Shown: positions 19,401 to 29,370, numbered from the stretch's first letter. The stretch is 50,972 nt of DNA from Prasinococcaceae sp. CCMP 1430 (GCA_013416795.1 RQSC01001207.1:1-50972), one strand, 5' to 3'. Translations and numbers: made by a program. The notes: a model not told the origin generated them from the sequence alone.

Positions 19401-21358
19401 CGCAGACGGGCGCGCACTCGTGGGCGGACGGTGGAGGTTTGCTCTCCGCAGCTGGTGTGGGTGCGCGCGCGGCGCTTTCCATCGCCCTGAGCGGATGGTT
19501 GTGTGATGACCAGGGCAGGATCCGTGATACCATGGTGCCGCATGAGCTGAGAACAGCGCTCTGCGGCGAGGGTGGCGCTGGCGTAGCGTTTCTCCCTACC
19601 GTGGCGGGGGGGTGCATGGTCACTCCGGCATTGGAGGGCGTGGCAGGCGCGCTGACGGTGCAGATGCCGCACTCGGGCGACGCACTGCGCACGAGCTCCG
19701 CGGCGCACGCGGCAGTGTCGCGCCTGGGAGCCGCTGCGCTCGCGCAGCGCCTGATGACGCTTGGCGAAGGCGCGTCGAGCGCCTCAGCGACGGTAGTCTC
19801 GATGGCCGTGAAGGACTGTGATGATGCTGCGCGCGCAGAGAAAGATGCAAAATGCGCCCTCGCATCGATGTCCGCGCTCGAGGTATATGCCGCACATTGG
19901 CAGTCGCCTTGCGAGACGCTGCGCATGGCGTCGCGTACGCTCTTACAAGCGTCTGCCGCCGGCCCTGGCACCATGGAGATCATCGCCGGTGCTGCGTTTG
20001 ACGAAGCCGCGCTGGTGCAGGCGCGCTCGGCGCCTCGCGCACGGATGGGGAGGGTGGAGCGTGGGGATGTGGAGCGCGCAGAGTTACACATCATTATGGG
20101 GGGGGCGGCCGCCCTGGCCGCGCCGCTGCCCGCTCGGGCCACGGTCGCTTCTGCAGTCGGCCCGGCACTCGCCGCGCTGGTCCACGCGGGGCCCTCCGCC
20201 GGAGTCGCTGCAGCGGCAGACATCCTCGCAGATGGCATCGACGTTTGGCAGGAGAACCTTACGCCCAGGCAAATGGCGGCACTCGTCGTCGACGCATTCG
20301 CGCTGTCTGCTGAGCTGCAATCGGTTGGGCTGCAGCGCGAAGGCGACAGCGCAGACGGCGCCTCTGGCGAGGGAGGAGGCGCTGGCAGTCTGAGCGCTAT
20401 GGCCGCCGCGGCCGCTCGCGAAGCCACCGCCAGGCTGCTCGCCGCACTGTTGCGCGCGGACACCGCGCTCGTGTTGCGGCGCATCAAGTGGCAGTTGGAG
20501 GAAGTGGAGCCGGGATCGCCCGCTCACGCTACCGCGTTCGTTGCAGTCACGCGCGCGGTCAGTGCTCGCCCCGAGGCGCTGCGCCCGCATCTGCCCTTGC
20601 TCGGCCACGTGCTACACCAGGCGATGCAGCCGGCCAACGACGAGCTGCGCCGCAGCTGCCTGCCGCGATGCATGGCGCTCTGTCGGACGCTGGCAGAGAC
20701 TTACCATGAGGTCGCATTCCACGAGCAAGGGATGCGCCTTGCGATGGCGGACACCATGCCGTCCGCGGCATCGGTCGTCACGGGGGCGGGTGACGACGAA
20801 CAGGTGGCAGCAGCGGCGGCGGCAGCGGAGGCCGCTGCAGCAGCGGCCGGCGGCGCGCGGCCAGCGGCATTGGCGTTCGATCTCGGTGGCGCGGCGCGCA
20901 TGTGGCGCTTTGAGCGATCTTGCGGCGCGCGAGCGGGGTCAAATGCGGTCCGTGCGGCGCTCGCGGCGCGCAGCCGCGCGGCTACTGCCGTGGGCGCCGC
21001 AGGCGCGCGGGCGGACGTGCACATGCTGTCGTTCTCTCCGGACGGGCGACATCTGGCTTCGCTTTCAAGTCGCGACTGTGCCCTTCGCGTGTGGCCGCTC
21101 GCGCGCGTCGCTGGCGATGGTGCGAGCGTCTTCGGTGCGGCGCTGAGCTCGCTGGGTGCCACGTCGCTCGGTGCGGCTGTGGCGGGCGCGGGAAGCGGAC
21201 AGGATCGCGCCACCTCCGTGGGCGTCGAGAGGTGCAAGGAGGTTGAGGCCATGCCTCCTGAGGCGCCGAGGTCTAGGCAGTTCGTGTTCGAATGGTCACG
21301 CGGCGGCGCGGTGGCCGTGCGCAGGACAAAGGATCTGAGCGTGCTCGCGAGCGTTTGA
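16484..21358 (+). CDS. Large WD40-repeat protein, WDR7/WDR72 (rabconnectin-3 beta)-like
   Basis: 1624-aa intronless ORF with N-terminal and C-terminal WD repeats (TGGRDGVVLRWD, SCAADGGVLLWS, SSGDDWTVRVW, SFSPDGRHLAS...LRVW) and a central helical region. FPGHPS...VWDARRGMLACLC and LLVWDVDTSSLQRVVHG resemble plant WDR7 homologs. Confidence 0.75.
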   Translation: MSGLAASPTAMAHPAMHAWRSPSDAQSSQGADRTHGGAHTGGGAGGQGITPPLSAAAACWPARPPAHEACCVCTVARPDGEPGASGVGDGVGAWVFTGGRDGVVLRWDVEEASGASSEDLSEGEGAARRMWPALALCRHRAPVMDLEPIESTSAGSGAGLAEGSALRGGKVDSILSCAADGGVLLWSVSDGRCVGACVLLPSVGSPRAAKALPCRSGAPSPLAALACARSDHGVNRAGAAEGCVVILNCDTMSALRYLEAPLSLLALEVHVIPGGPPLGAGSYETGDCTAASAGSVPEDEYVLVAAGASDRTAWCLGTWSALVTSDPIAPVNEAGKDAKGVAGESSARGGRPLEVTDMVVPLPHASSGGLAWPTHAGGNRWGIPAVAVAPGGQALVRRTARTVTVTWARNGEVIASLSASKAAADIARRLGASEAAGDESRWAGAMVVVLPLKTSDDELIHLLAWLADGSAVVYELPLALGGCLSPAKPHWEGTCAHSGGHSFMDMEMDMEMDMDMDLKLGTLASGGGTQPFPKQQSLAADSATEDSAATDPRVCWAVAGVRHCQAVVYGQTGDHVSRSITRVAARDADEDCPPTQITETTLFTLGSDGSLTRLASSCLADAWVDRTGDSAEPANDSCEGAIGASQLSVCTAFPADAGLDAAGDLDYEMGWLVACGYSNGTIAVHQLPGSMQGSDAPLCVLQGAHDSRVRCLAPSRRAPPRGAVAEERWERLLVSSGDDWTVRVWAALNGEALLCVSPHAGPSAALFAPPCDALFNWSQCIGSIGEDGGVALVSVADHGGGAQGGGCNEGDAVFPRTVVASFPGHPSMPVDGVWDARRGMLACLCIDRVRATLAEGGASVSPTQRQSQEGPSTPGHGMAYADVAEHECAQEGSAECLLVWDVDTSSLQRVVHGRDASALLYHLKARARASTSGGSPARQAGVRLSNPLHVSSPMGGMCVLACNVPQLLAQPVPQTGAHSWADGGGLLSAAGVGARAALSIALSGWLCDDQGRIRDTMVPHELRTALCGEGGAGVAFLPTVAGGCMVTPALEGVAGALTVQMPHSGDALRTSSAAHAAVSRLGAAALAQRLMTLGEGASSASATVVSMAVKDCDDAARAEKDAKCALASMSALEVYAAHWQSPCETLRMASRTLLQASAAGPGTMEIIAGAAFDEAALVQARSAPRARMGRVERGDVERAELHIIMGGAAALAAPLPARATVASAVGPALAALVHAGPSAGVAAAADILADGIDVWQENLTPRQMAALVVDAFALSAELQSVGLQREGDSADGASGEGGGAGSLSAMAAAAAREATARLLAALLRADTALVLRRIKWQLEEVEPGSPAHATAFVAVTRAVSARPEALRPHLPLLGHVLHQAMQPANDELRRSCLPRCMALCRTLAETYHEVAFHEQGMRLAMADTMPSAASVVTGAGDDEQVAAAAAAAEAAAAAAGGARPAALAFDLGGAARMWRFERSCGARAGSNAVRAALAARSRAATAVGAAGARADVHMLSFSPDGRHLASLSSRDCALRVWPLARVAGDGASVFGAALSSLGATSLGAAVAGAGSGQDRATSVGVERCKEVEAMPPEAPRSRQFVFEWSRGGAVAVRRTKDLSVLASV
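17993..18034 (+). repeat. Coding hexamer tandem repeat (ATGGAC/ATGGAA/ATGGAT)x7 encoding MDMEMDMEMDMDMD
   Basis: Read directly from the sequence. Confidence 0.95.
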
Positions 21359-21521
21359 CGAGGGTGGGGGAGCTATAATATCTATGGATGACTTTATTGA
21401 TGTGTCTGCTCGCAACCCTCTGCTTGCCGCCCAGGTGGGCGGGCGTCTACTACGACTCTGTGTGCTCATCATGACGCGGCATGTGCGCATGAGCACGCTC
21501 CGCCTGCCGCGCCGCATGCCT

Positions 21522-23342
21522 TCAGGAGCAGTGGCGCATGGCAGAGAGCAATGCCGAGGACATGCTGTTGTTGTTCTCTTCGAAGGCCGCGTCGTCTAGG
21601 TCGAGCACCGAGCACGCGGTCAGGGGCACTTCCTTGAGAGGCCCACCGCGGTCGTCGGAGGCGAAGCTGCCACCGTCGTCGCTCTCTTCCCCGCACGAGT
21701 CTAAGCCATCGGCCATCATGGCGTCGGCATCGATCCTCTCGAGCGGGGCCACACCTGCGTTCATCGGGATGTCCAGCGGTGGCAGCATGCTCACGGGTGG
21801 CAGCATCGGGCATGCTTGCGCGGAGCCCTCGGGCCCAGACAGCAGCTGCACGGCCGGGAGTCTCGTCGCCGAGGCTGCACGCCCAGCCGCAGCCGAGACG
21901 TCGGGCACCACTGGCGTCGCCGGCAAAGGCGTCAACGGGGCTGTGGGTGACGTCGCCGCGGCAGATGAGAGCATGGGCCTGCCCGACAGGACGACCGCCT
22001 CCGAAGGGTGGTGGAAGAGCTCGACGAAGGTTGCGGCTGGCGCGCTCACTACACGATGAGGCATCCTGCATTGGTTATTCTGCAGCCCCGCGCCGCCGAA
22101 CGCTGGCAGAGGCACGAGCTCGGAGAGAGGCGGTGGCCTGGTCGAGGGGGCAGTAGGCAGCAGCTCGAAGTTCCTGGTCGCCTCGTTGGCCTCGCCTGAT
22201 CCGATGCGGCTGTGGGCGGCAACGCCGGTGGGAGCGGGCGGATGGGTGGACCTCGCGAGCAGCAGCTCGTCGTCCTCGATCGATGACGGCCTTGACGCGT
22301 CGAGTCGCGTGGCGCCTGGCTTGGAACTCGCCCTGCTGCACTTGCCCTCCTTGCTCATGTCGAAGGCGATATGCCGCTGCATTGCAGGCATGTCCTCCTC
22401 CTTGCAGCTCTCGAGCAGTCGCAGCTCTTCCGCGTACTCGCTGACGTTGTAGTTGGTCACAGCCTTTCGGCCCCTCGATGCAATCGCCGCGCGATCGTAG
22501 GCCCTGGCAGCGTCCTCGCCAGTCGCAAAGGTGCCGAGGTACTGATAGCGCTGTCCGAGGAACTTTCCGATGCGAGCCTCCCAGCGTCCCGTCGACGGCC
22601 TCCAGGAGACGCCCCGCCACGAGCTGGTCCCGCGGCTGAACCCCTGCGACTCCCGGCGGAGCTTCACGATGGCCTCTTCGCAACTCAGACCGTTGAGCTG
22701 CTTCATTGCTTCGTCGTAGTCGCTTGGCGGAAAGTTCAGCATCTTGACGGCTGCATCGCGCGGCCGCAAGCGCAAGCACGCCCTGTCGAAGACTCGCGCG
22801 GCCGTCTCCTCGCTCGCAAACGATCCGAGGTACAATTGCCGCCCATGTGCCCACAGATGCGCCTCCCAGCGCCCGGTGGACTTGTGGATGGCCACGCCGC
22901 GGTACCTGCTGCTGTTCTCCTTGCCGCTGCCACCACCAGACTCGGCTGCGTGGTCTGGCGCGGCGAGCGTCGACGTGGAGGGGAGGGCCTCCGACTGCGT
23001 GCGCCTTGGGGCTCTGCTGCGCCTCGAGGAGGGCTGCCGCAAACCGGCCTTCTTGGCCGGGGTGGGGGGCGCGATTGTGCCCCTGTGGGATGGCGAGTGT
23101 AGTTCAATGTCCTGGAGGCGCAGCGGTACGCTCATGGCGTGGGGGTGCGCGGGGAGGGGGGCTGTCGGCGCGTGGGCGTCGTGATAAGAGCGATGCGAGG
23201 GGCTGGGCACGCGAGGGGAAGGCGCGCGCGTGTCGGCAGCGGCGCGCGCATTGTCAGCAGCGCTGGGGCTGGCACCGCCGCCGCTCGCGCCACGCGAGCG
23301 ACGGGATTTCGCCGCGCCAGCCGCGCGGCTCGCGCGGGCCAT
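21522..23342 (-). CDS. AP2-subfamily transcription factor with two AP2 domains (copy A)
   Basis: R1 SSRYRGVAIHKSTGRWEAHLW...YLGSF...AARVFD...LNFP; linker LRRESQGFSRG; R2 SSWRGVSWRPSTGRWEARIGKFLGQRYQYLGTF...AARAYDRAAI...AVTNY. Start uncertain (23342 or 23135). Confidence 0.92.
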   Translation of the reverse strand: MARASRAAGAAKSRRSRGASGGGASPSAADNARAAADTRAPSPRVPSPSHRSYHDAHAPTAPLPAHPHAMSVPLRLQDIELHSPSHRGTIAPPTPAKKAGLRQPSSRRSRAPRRTQSEALPSTSTLAAPDHAAESGGGSGKENSSRYRGVAIHKSTGRWEAHLWAHGRQLYLGSFASEETAARVFDRACLRLRPRDAAVKMLNFPPSDYDEAMKQLNGLSCEEAIVKLRRESQGFSRGTSSWRGVSWRPSTGRWEARIGKFLGQRYQYLGTFATGEDAARAYDRAAIASRGRKAVTNYNVSEYAEELRLLESCKEEDMPAMQRHIAFDMSKEGKCSRASSKPGATRLDASRPSSIEDDELLLARSTHPPAPTGVAAHSRIGSGEANEATRNFELLPTAPSTRPPPLSELVPLPAFGGAGLQNNQCRMPHRVVSAPAATFVELFHHPSEAVVLSGRPMLSSAAATSPTAPLTPLPATPVVPDVSAAAGRAASATRLPAVQLLSGPEGSAQACPMLPPVSMLPPLDIPMNAGVAPLERIDADAMMADGLDSCGEESDDGGSFASDDRGGPLKEVPLTACSVLDLDDAAFEENNNSMSSALLSAMRHCS

Positions 23343-24741
23343 GCGGCAGCCCGCCGTCCCAACTCCCTGAGCCCACGCGGCGCCGGGCTGGTGGTGTGGT
23401 GTGTGTGTTTGGGGGTGTAGGTGTGTGCGTGTGTTGTAGGTGGGTGGGGCAAAGCGGGCGCGCACGCGCGGCGCGGGCGCGCGGCGCTGGCGAGCGGTAG
23501 ACGGAGAGAACGAGGGCGCCCAGCGGCCCCCCCTGCCGCGTCCCTCCCGGATCCTGGGGCGGTGCGCGCCGCGCGCGCCCGGTGAGGCGCACGCCGCCGC
23601 GCCGCGATCGGATGCAATTTCCGGCCGCGAAAAAGGGCGCGTCCGACGCCGCGCGAGAGTGCGAACGCACTTCCTCCGCCGCGGCGTCGCGCGGACCCCC
23701 GCCGCCGAAACCTGCCATCGGCGGGAAAACGCCGCCGGGGCCGCGCCCTGAGGTCGGAAATCGCGCGGCGGCCGGGCCGCCGCGCCGTAGTGACGGAGTA
23801 GGGTCTACAATTTTAACCCTAATGGTGCGTGCACCTGCCCAACGCCAACCGTGTACCATTGGTAGGAGAAAGAGGGAGAGAGAGACCTTTCGTTTTGCCC
23901 TCGTCGGGACGCGCATGCGTTTCGATGGGGCGCGCCGCCCCTCGGGAACGGCGGAGCGCGAGCGCCAAAAACAGCAGCGGGTGCGTCGATGGACGGAATC
24001 GATATCGACCTCCATCGAGATGGTATCATGTGACATATGGTAGGAAGGCGCAGGGCACCTGAGGACGCGCTCCGTGCAGAACGCAGGAAGGCGATGCTTT
24101 GGAGGCAGGAGCGGTTGCGATTTCACGCGCCAGGGCCGCCCGGGTTTTGATGGCATTTTCGAACGCGTCTGGTGAGACCCGCCCCGCACATCCGGATCCG
24201 CGGATCCGCCAACAGCCGCGCTCTGCGCGCGCGCGCGCGCGCGTCGCGCAATCTTTTTCCGGCGCCGCGCAGCGCCCGTCGTTTCGCCCGGGGCCTTCAT
24301 CGAATGAGGCCCGGCGTGGGGGCACACGAGCGGCCCATCGCCGCGTTCCTCTCCTCTCCTTGGCGGGGATATGATCCGGGGATGGGCGGACAGCGCAGGG
24401 CCCCGCGGCCGGCCCGCCCTCGCCCGACTCCGCCCCGCCGCCCGCAAAAAAAAAAAAACGGGACGAAAAAACGCCGCGCTCGCGTGCGCGCTCGCATGAG
24501 GTTTGGCATACACGGACACGTCCAGACAGGGTAAAACTTCCGTAAAACAAGCGAGCAAGGAAAAGGAAAAAAGTTCAGGCATTTTAAAATAATTTTGCAA
24601 CTCCGTTCTGAGGCCTCTGATTATGAGTCACGGATGGATGCGGGGCGGGGCGGGTGCCAATGCACGCGACAATGCCAATTAATTCCAACGAAATTCGATC
24701 AATGTCAGCGCACGCCAGCGCGCGGCTTTTTTTTTTTGGCC

Positions 24742-24761
24742 GCGAATTCAATTGAATTCGC
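24742..24761. promoter_or_regulatory. Perfect 20-bp palindrome GCGAATTCAATTGAATTCGC in the AP2/AP2 divergent intergenic region
   Basis: The sequence equals its own reverse complement (checked base by base). A regulatory role is inferred from position only. Confidence 0.6.
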
Positions 24762-25082
24762 CGTCGCGCGGCGCGCCTGCGTGCCTCCCTGCGGCTTTGT
24801 TTGTTGTTGGCGCGCGTTATGAATTCGACGGCAGGTGTTGAGAGAGAGCTCTCGTTCCGAGGCGCGCTTTTTTATTTTTTTTATCTCGATCGGCGCGGCG
24901 CGCCACAGCGCGCGCTGGTGGCGCCCCTCCCCCTCTCCCGGGGCTGCCGGCCGCGACGGGGTGCCGCCGCTCGCGCGCGTAGGTCGTGTGTGTGTGTGTG
25001 TTGCAGGGGGGGGGGGGAGGGGTGCCGCAAGGGGTGCCACCGTCCCGGGCGCGCAGCGAATAGAGGCCGCGGCCGCCGCGCG

Positions 25083-25194
25083 ATGCCCGCGCGATGCCCG
25101 CGGGCGCTTCCGGGCGCGATGGCAATGCTCGAGTCACCACCGCAGCTCGCGCTGGTGCCGCACGCGGCGCTGGGCGGGGATTGCTGCTACGGGG

Positions 25195-25227
<33 letters not shown>

Positions 25228-27716
25228 CGTCCTCGTCGGGCGTGGTGGTCGCAGTGGCAGTGGCGGAGGCTGCGCGGCCGGGAGAGGGGGGCGAGGGCGT
25301 GGCGGTCGGCGCGGCGCGGCCGGTCGCGAGGGGCACGAAGCGCGCGTCCGGCACCCGCCCACCACGCGCGAGCGGCACCAGGAAGAGGGCGAGCGGCGCG
25401 CGCGCCCCGCGCGCCGGCGGCGAGGGGGCGGCTAAGAGCAGCGCCGCCGGGGGCAGTGGCAAGCCCGCAAGGTCGTCGAGGTACCGCGGCGTGGCGCAGC
25501 ACAAGGTGACGCGCCGATGGGAGAGCCACATCTGGCACGACAAACGCCAGTGTTACCTGGGCTCTTTCGACACGGAGGAGGACGCGGCGGTGGCCTACGA
25601 CCAGGGCGCGCTCAGGCTGAAGGGGCGCGAAAAGGCGGCGCTGAACTTCCCGGAGCGCGACTACTCCGAGTTCGAGCGCGAGACCCAGGGCATGGGAGCG
25701 GAGGAGGCGATCGCCCACCTGCGCCGCGCGTCGTCGGGCTTCTGTCGCGGGCAGGCTAAGTACCGCGGCGTGAGCTTCCGCCCCGCCACGAAGAGGTGGG
25801 AGGCCCGCATGTCGGGCATCACGAGCCGGAAGTACACCTACCTGGGCACCTACGATTCGGCCGCGGAGGCCGCAGCGGCGTACGACCGCGCCGCGATCGC
25901 GTGCAAGGGCAAGGAGGCAATGACCAACTTCGCCATCTCGAACTACTCGGAGGAGCTGGGGGCGCTGGCAGCGGCGTCCAAGTCGAGCCTCCGCAGCAAC
26001 GATGGCAGGCCCTCCCGCGCAACGGTGGCCGCGCTGAATGCCATGTCCGCGGATTACTTCGACAAGGAGGCCGAGCGCAAGCGCAAGGTCGCAGCGTCTA
26101 CCCCCGAGAGCGCGCGCAAGCGTAGGAGAAGGCAAGCGGAGGAGCGGAAACGCGCGGGCATCGCGCGAGGCGCAGGCGCCTTTGGAGCGTTCGGCGGCAT
26201 CGACAGGGACGGAGGGGCCTTTCGTCTTCAGGAGTCGCCCCGGCGTGGGCACGCGCATGGAGTTGAGTCGCAGCGACAAGCGGGTGAGTTGCACGCTGGC
26301 GGCGGGCTCGTCCACAACCCCTTCGGCGGCAGCGCCGGAGCGAATGTGCTGCAGCCGAGCGCGCGCGTCAACCTGAACGCTGCTTTCGATCAGGGAGGCA
26401 ACCCGGCCAGCCCACGCCGCCTGCTGTCGTACTCGAGCGCACCTCCTCCTTACCAGCAGCTGCTGGCGGCGACGCTGCCCATTCTGGGCTCGCCGGTGGC
26501 GCCCCACGGCGGGATGCCCTTCACACAGGCGCATGTCGCGGCGACTCTGCTGCTGACCCCGCCGGGACACGGCGACCCCGTCACCGACGAGAATCGAGGA
26601 CCGCTGAGCGCTAACATTATACGCCACGAGGGTGCGGGTGCCCACCTCGGGATGCCACCTGGAAATGCTGCCGCACAGGCTAAGGTGAAGCGCCGCTCGT
26701 CGATCGAGCTTTTCCCCACGGCGAACGCCGCCTTGCACGGCCCAGAGCGCGACGGCAACGGCGTGTTGCCACCGTCTGGAAGCGAATCACCGGTGCCCCA
26801 TCTGTCAGACCATTCCACGGGATGCGGGGGGGGGGCTGCCGAAATGCAGCAGCCGAGCGCCTTCGCCGAGGTCTCGCCGATTCCGGTGACACCAGCGGAT
26901 CACCAACCACCTCACGACCGACCTGGTTTTGGTGGCGATGCCCAGCAGGGCGCTACGAACGCTGGTGGCAGTGGGCGCCGTGGTAATGCTTGTGCAGCTG
27001 CCGCCGAGCAGCCCGTGCCCGTGGTCTGGGACGAGCTCTTCCAAGCCGGGGGCGGAAGCGGGAACGCGCCCCAGCCGGGCACCGCAAGGAGCGCCGCGAG
27101 TGCGGGGGATGGCGGCCGCGCAGATGCCAACGCCAACGACAGTCTGCGCTTGCCCGGGGACGCCTCGCTGCGCTCGCTGCGCTCGCTGCAGAGCCTGCGG
27201 CACCTGAGCTCAAGCTTCCAGGAAAGTCAATTTTCAAAGCTCTTCCCGCGCGAGAGCAGCAAAAGCCTCATGATGGGAGTCGATGCCACCGCGTTCGAAG
27301 AAACGCTGCGCGTTTGGCAGGACAACGCGGATGAGATGAAGACCCCGCTCCCCGGCCAGCGCGCCTCAGCGACGAACGCGGCGACGCCAGGGGCGCCGCC
27401 GGCTGCAAGGCAAGCGACCAGTGGCGCGAGGGCAGGCACGCAGGCGACGGGCGAGGACTCGACCCCAGCCCCAACGACTGCGATATCCGGCGCGCATACC
27501 AACGCGAAGACTCCCGCAGACCTCCTGGCGAGGCCGACCCCCTTTCGTGCCGTTCCGAGCGGGCGCAAGCTCGGCGCGATCCCGAATGCCGATGAGATTG
27601 GCTCCGCTGTTCAAGCGTGGGGCGAGACCCCGGGAGCCTTGCGCACGCCGTCCTCACTCAGGGATCTGCTGCGAGTGTTCGAGGCGGAGGGCACTGCTGC
27701 TGAAGAGCGCGGATGA
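25083..27716 (+). CDS. AP2-subfamily transcription factor with two AP2 domains (copy B), N-terminal Q10 tract
   Basis: R1 SSRYRGVAQHKVTRRWESHIWHDKRQCYLGSFDT; linker LRRASSGFCRG; R2 AKYRGVSFRPATKRWEARMSG...YLGTYDS...AYDRAAI...AMTNF. In-frame ATGs at 25083, 25119 and 25125. (CAG)10 at 25197-25226. Confidence 0.92.
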
Positions 27717-27958
27717 GGAGAAGTGGGCACGCCGTGCACCGGTGTACTAAATCATGGAGACACAGATGCTCGCGTGCTGTCGCATGATATATCGAGCGAG
27801 AGTTGCCGCGAGCGCACGAGCGAGGCGCGCGGGTCTTATTATGGTGTCGAAAGCAAATATATGCCCGCGCCCGCTGTAAAATGTCGACCACTCGATGCAC
27901 CCGCCCCAACATCGCCCACTCTCTGGGTCGGCGCGTGCCGAGGCACTACTCGCCACCT

Positions 27959-29370
27959 CTAGCCGGAGGCAGGCTCGCCGCCCGCGTCAGGCGCAAGCAT
28001 TGCGGCCAGGCCGTCGCCGAAGTCTAGAGCGACAGAGCCATCGATGGAGCGGGATGCCATCGCATATCCGTCCTGGGCGAGGGCCTCTGCCACCTCTGTC
28101 ATCGCCGCGTCGTCAAAGCCCCAGTTCGGCCGGACTAGCAGGGTGGCGGTGCCGAGCTCATGGTCCGCAGCGGCGTCAACCACGCCAGAGGCACGCCCCA
28201 GAGCCGTGCGAACGTAGGCCGCGCACGCCTCACAGCCCATGCCATCCACCTCGAAGGTGAGCGCAACAAGGTTGCCATCCACTGGTGGCGCGATGGCGCG
28301 CGCGCCGCCGCTCCAGAGTAGCAGCTCCGGCATGAAGGTAAGCCCCATAGCCAGCGCGCTCGCGGTGGTGAGCCTCAGCCTGGCGCGCGTGTCGACCTTC
28401 GCCGAGCTGAGGGTAAACACCCACGCCGTGACAAAATATGCTGCCGTGAGCGCTCGCAGGTGCGGGCGCAAAGGGCCAAGCGACGTGTTGAGCCCGGTGC
28501 ACCCACCCGCAGCGACTCCCAGCGAGGCGAGCCAGTTGACCGCCAGCTGCACGGCACAGCAGCTCGAGCCCAGCAGCCCCCCGACGAGCGCTGCCAGCGA
28601 GTCGCGCGCGTGCCGCCAGTGCTGCCCGAGCTCAACAATCTTCACACCACCGCCGCCGCCCTCTCCGCCGGCGGGCTCGTAGCCCGCCTGGGCGAGCGCG
28701 GCGCGCACCCGCAAACCCAGCGCGTCCCGCTCCGCTGCGCTCCTGCCCGCTCGCACAGCAATCGTCGCCACGCCAGTGGCGACGTCAACCTCGACGCCAA
28801 CCACCCCCTCGACGCTGCGACAGGCCTCTTCCGCTGCGCAGGCGCAGGCAATGCAGCCTATCTTTCCTGCAGGCAGCTCCATAACCTCCTCGCTACCGCC
28901 GCGTGCCACGCGCGCCAGCCGCCGATACGCACCGATAGCGTGGAGCGCCTCGGGCAGCAGCGACATGATGGTCACGCCGCACGTGGTCGCCGCCAGCGCT
29001 GGTAATTGCCAGGCCGTGGCCGCAGACCGCGTAGCCGTCCACCACTGCGCGGCCTGCAGAAGCGCCGCGAACGCGAGCGAGTGCGGCCGCAAGGGGCCGA
29101 GCCACGCGTTGGCGCCCGAGCATCCCAGAGCGAGGGCTGAGAGCGCCAGCTGCAGAGCGCAGCAGGCAGAGGCGAGCATCGACACCACCGACCACAGTGC
29201 GAGGCTGTGCGCCGCGTCAAGCGCTGCAAGCTGTACAGCGAACGCCGCTGCCGCTGCGGCGGCGCGCGCGGGCGCGACCGCAGCGGTCGCAGCGGCCACA
29301 AGCGCCTGCGCTGCGAGCGACGCGGCAAGCGTGCGCGCAAACCCGGGGCTCTGCAGCACGTGCGCCGCAC
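27959..29370 (-). CDS. Membrane protein with duplicated [MerT-like TM module + HMA domain]; 5' end runs into an assembly gap
   Basis: Two TM modules with a Cys-Cys pair (ASACC 29159-29164; SSCC 28556-28561), each followed by LGPLRPH; two HMA-like domains (GCIAC about 28838-28858; GMGCEAC about 28223-28246). Confidence 0.78.

Noticed and set aside
23254-24600. 448-aa minus-strand ORF spanning the AP2/AP2 intergenic region
   Set aside because: Low-complexity R/A/P translation that runs through homopolymers, with no recognisable domain or coding-like codon bias; treated as non-coding.
21522-27716. miR172 target site or euANT-specific insertion in the AP2 genes
   Set aside because: No match to the conserved miR172 complementary site was seen, and R1 lacks the 10-aa ANT insertion.
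27959-29370. P1B-type heavy-metal ATPase
   Set aside because: No DKTGT, TGES or nucleotide-binding domain is present; the ORF ends after the second HMA domain.
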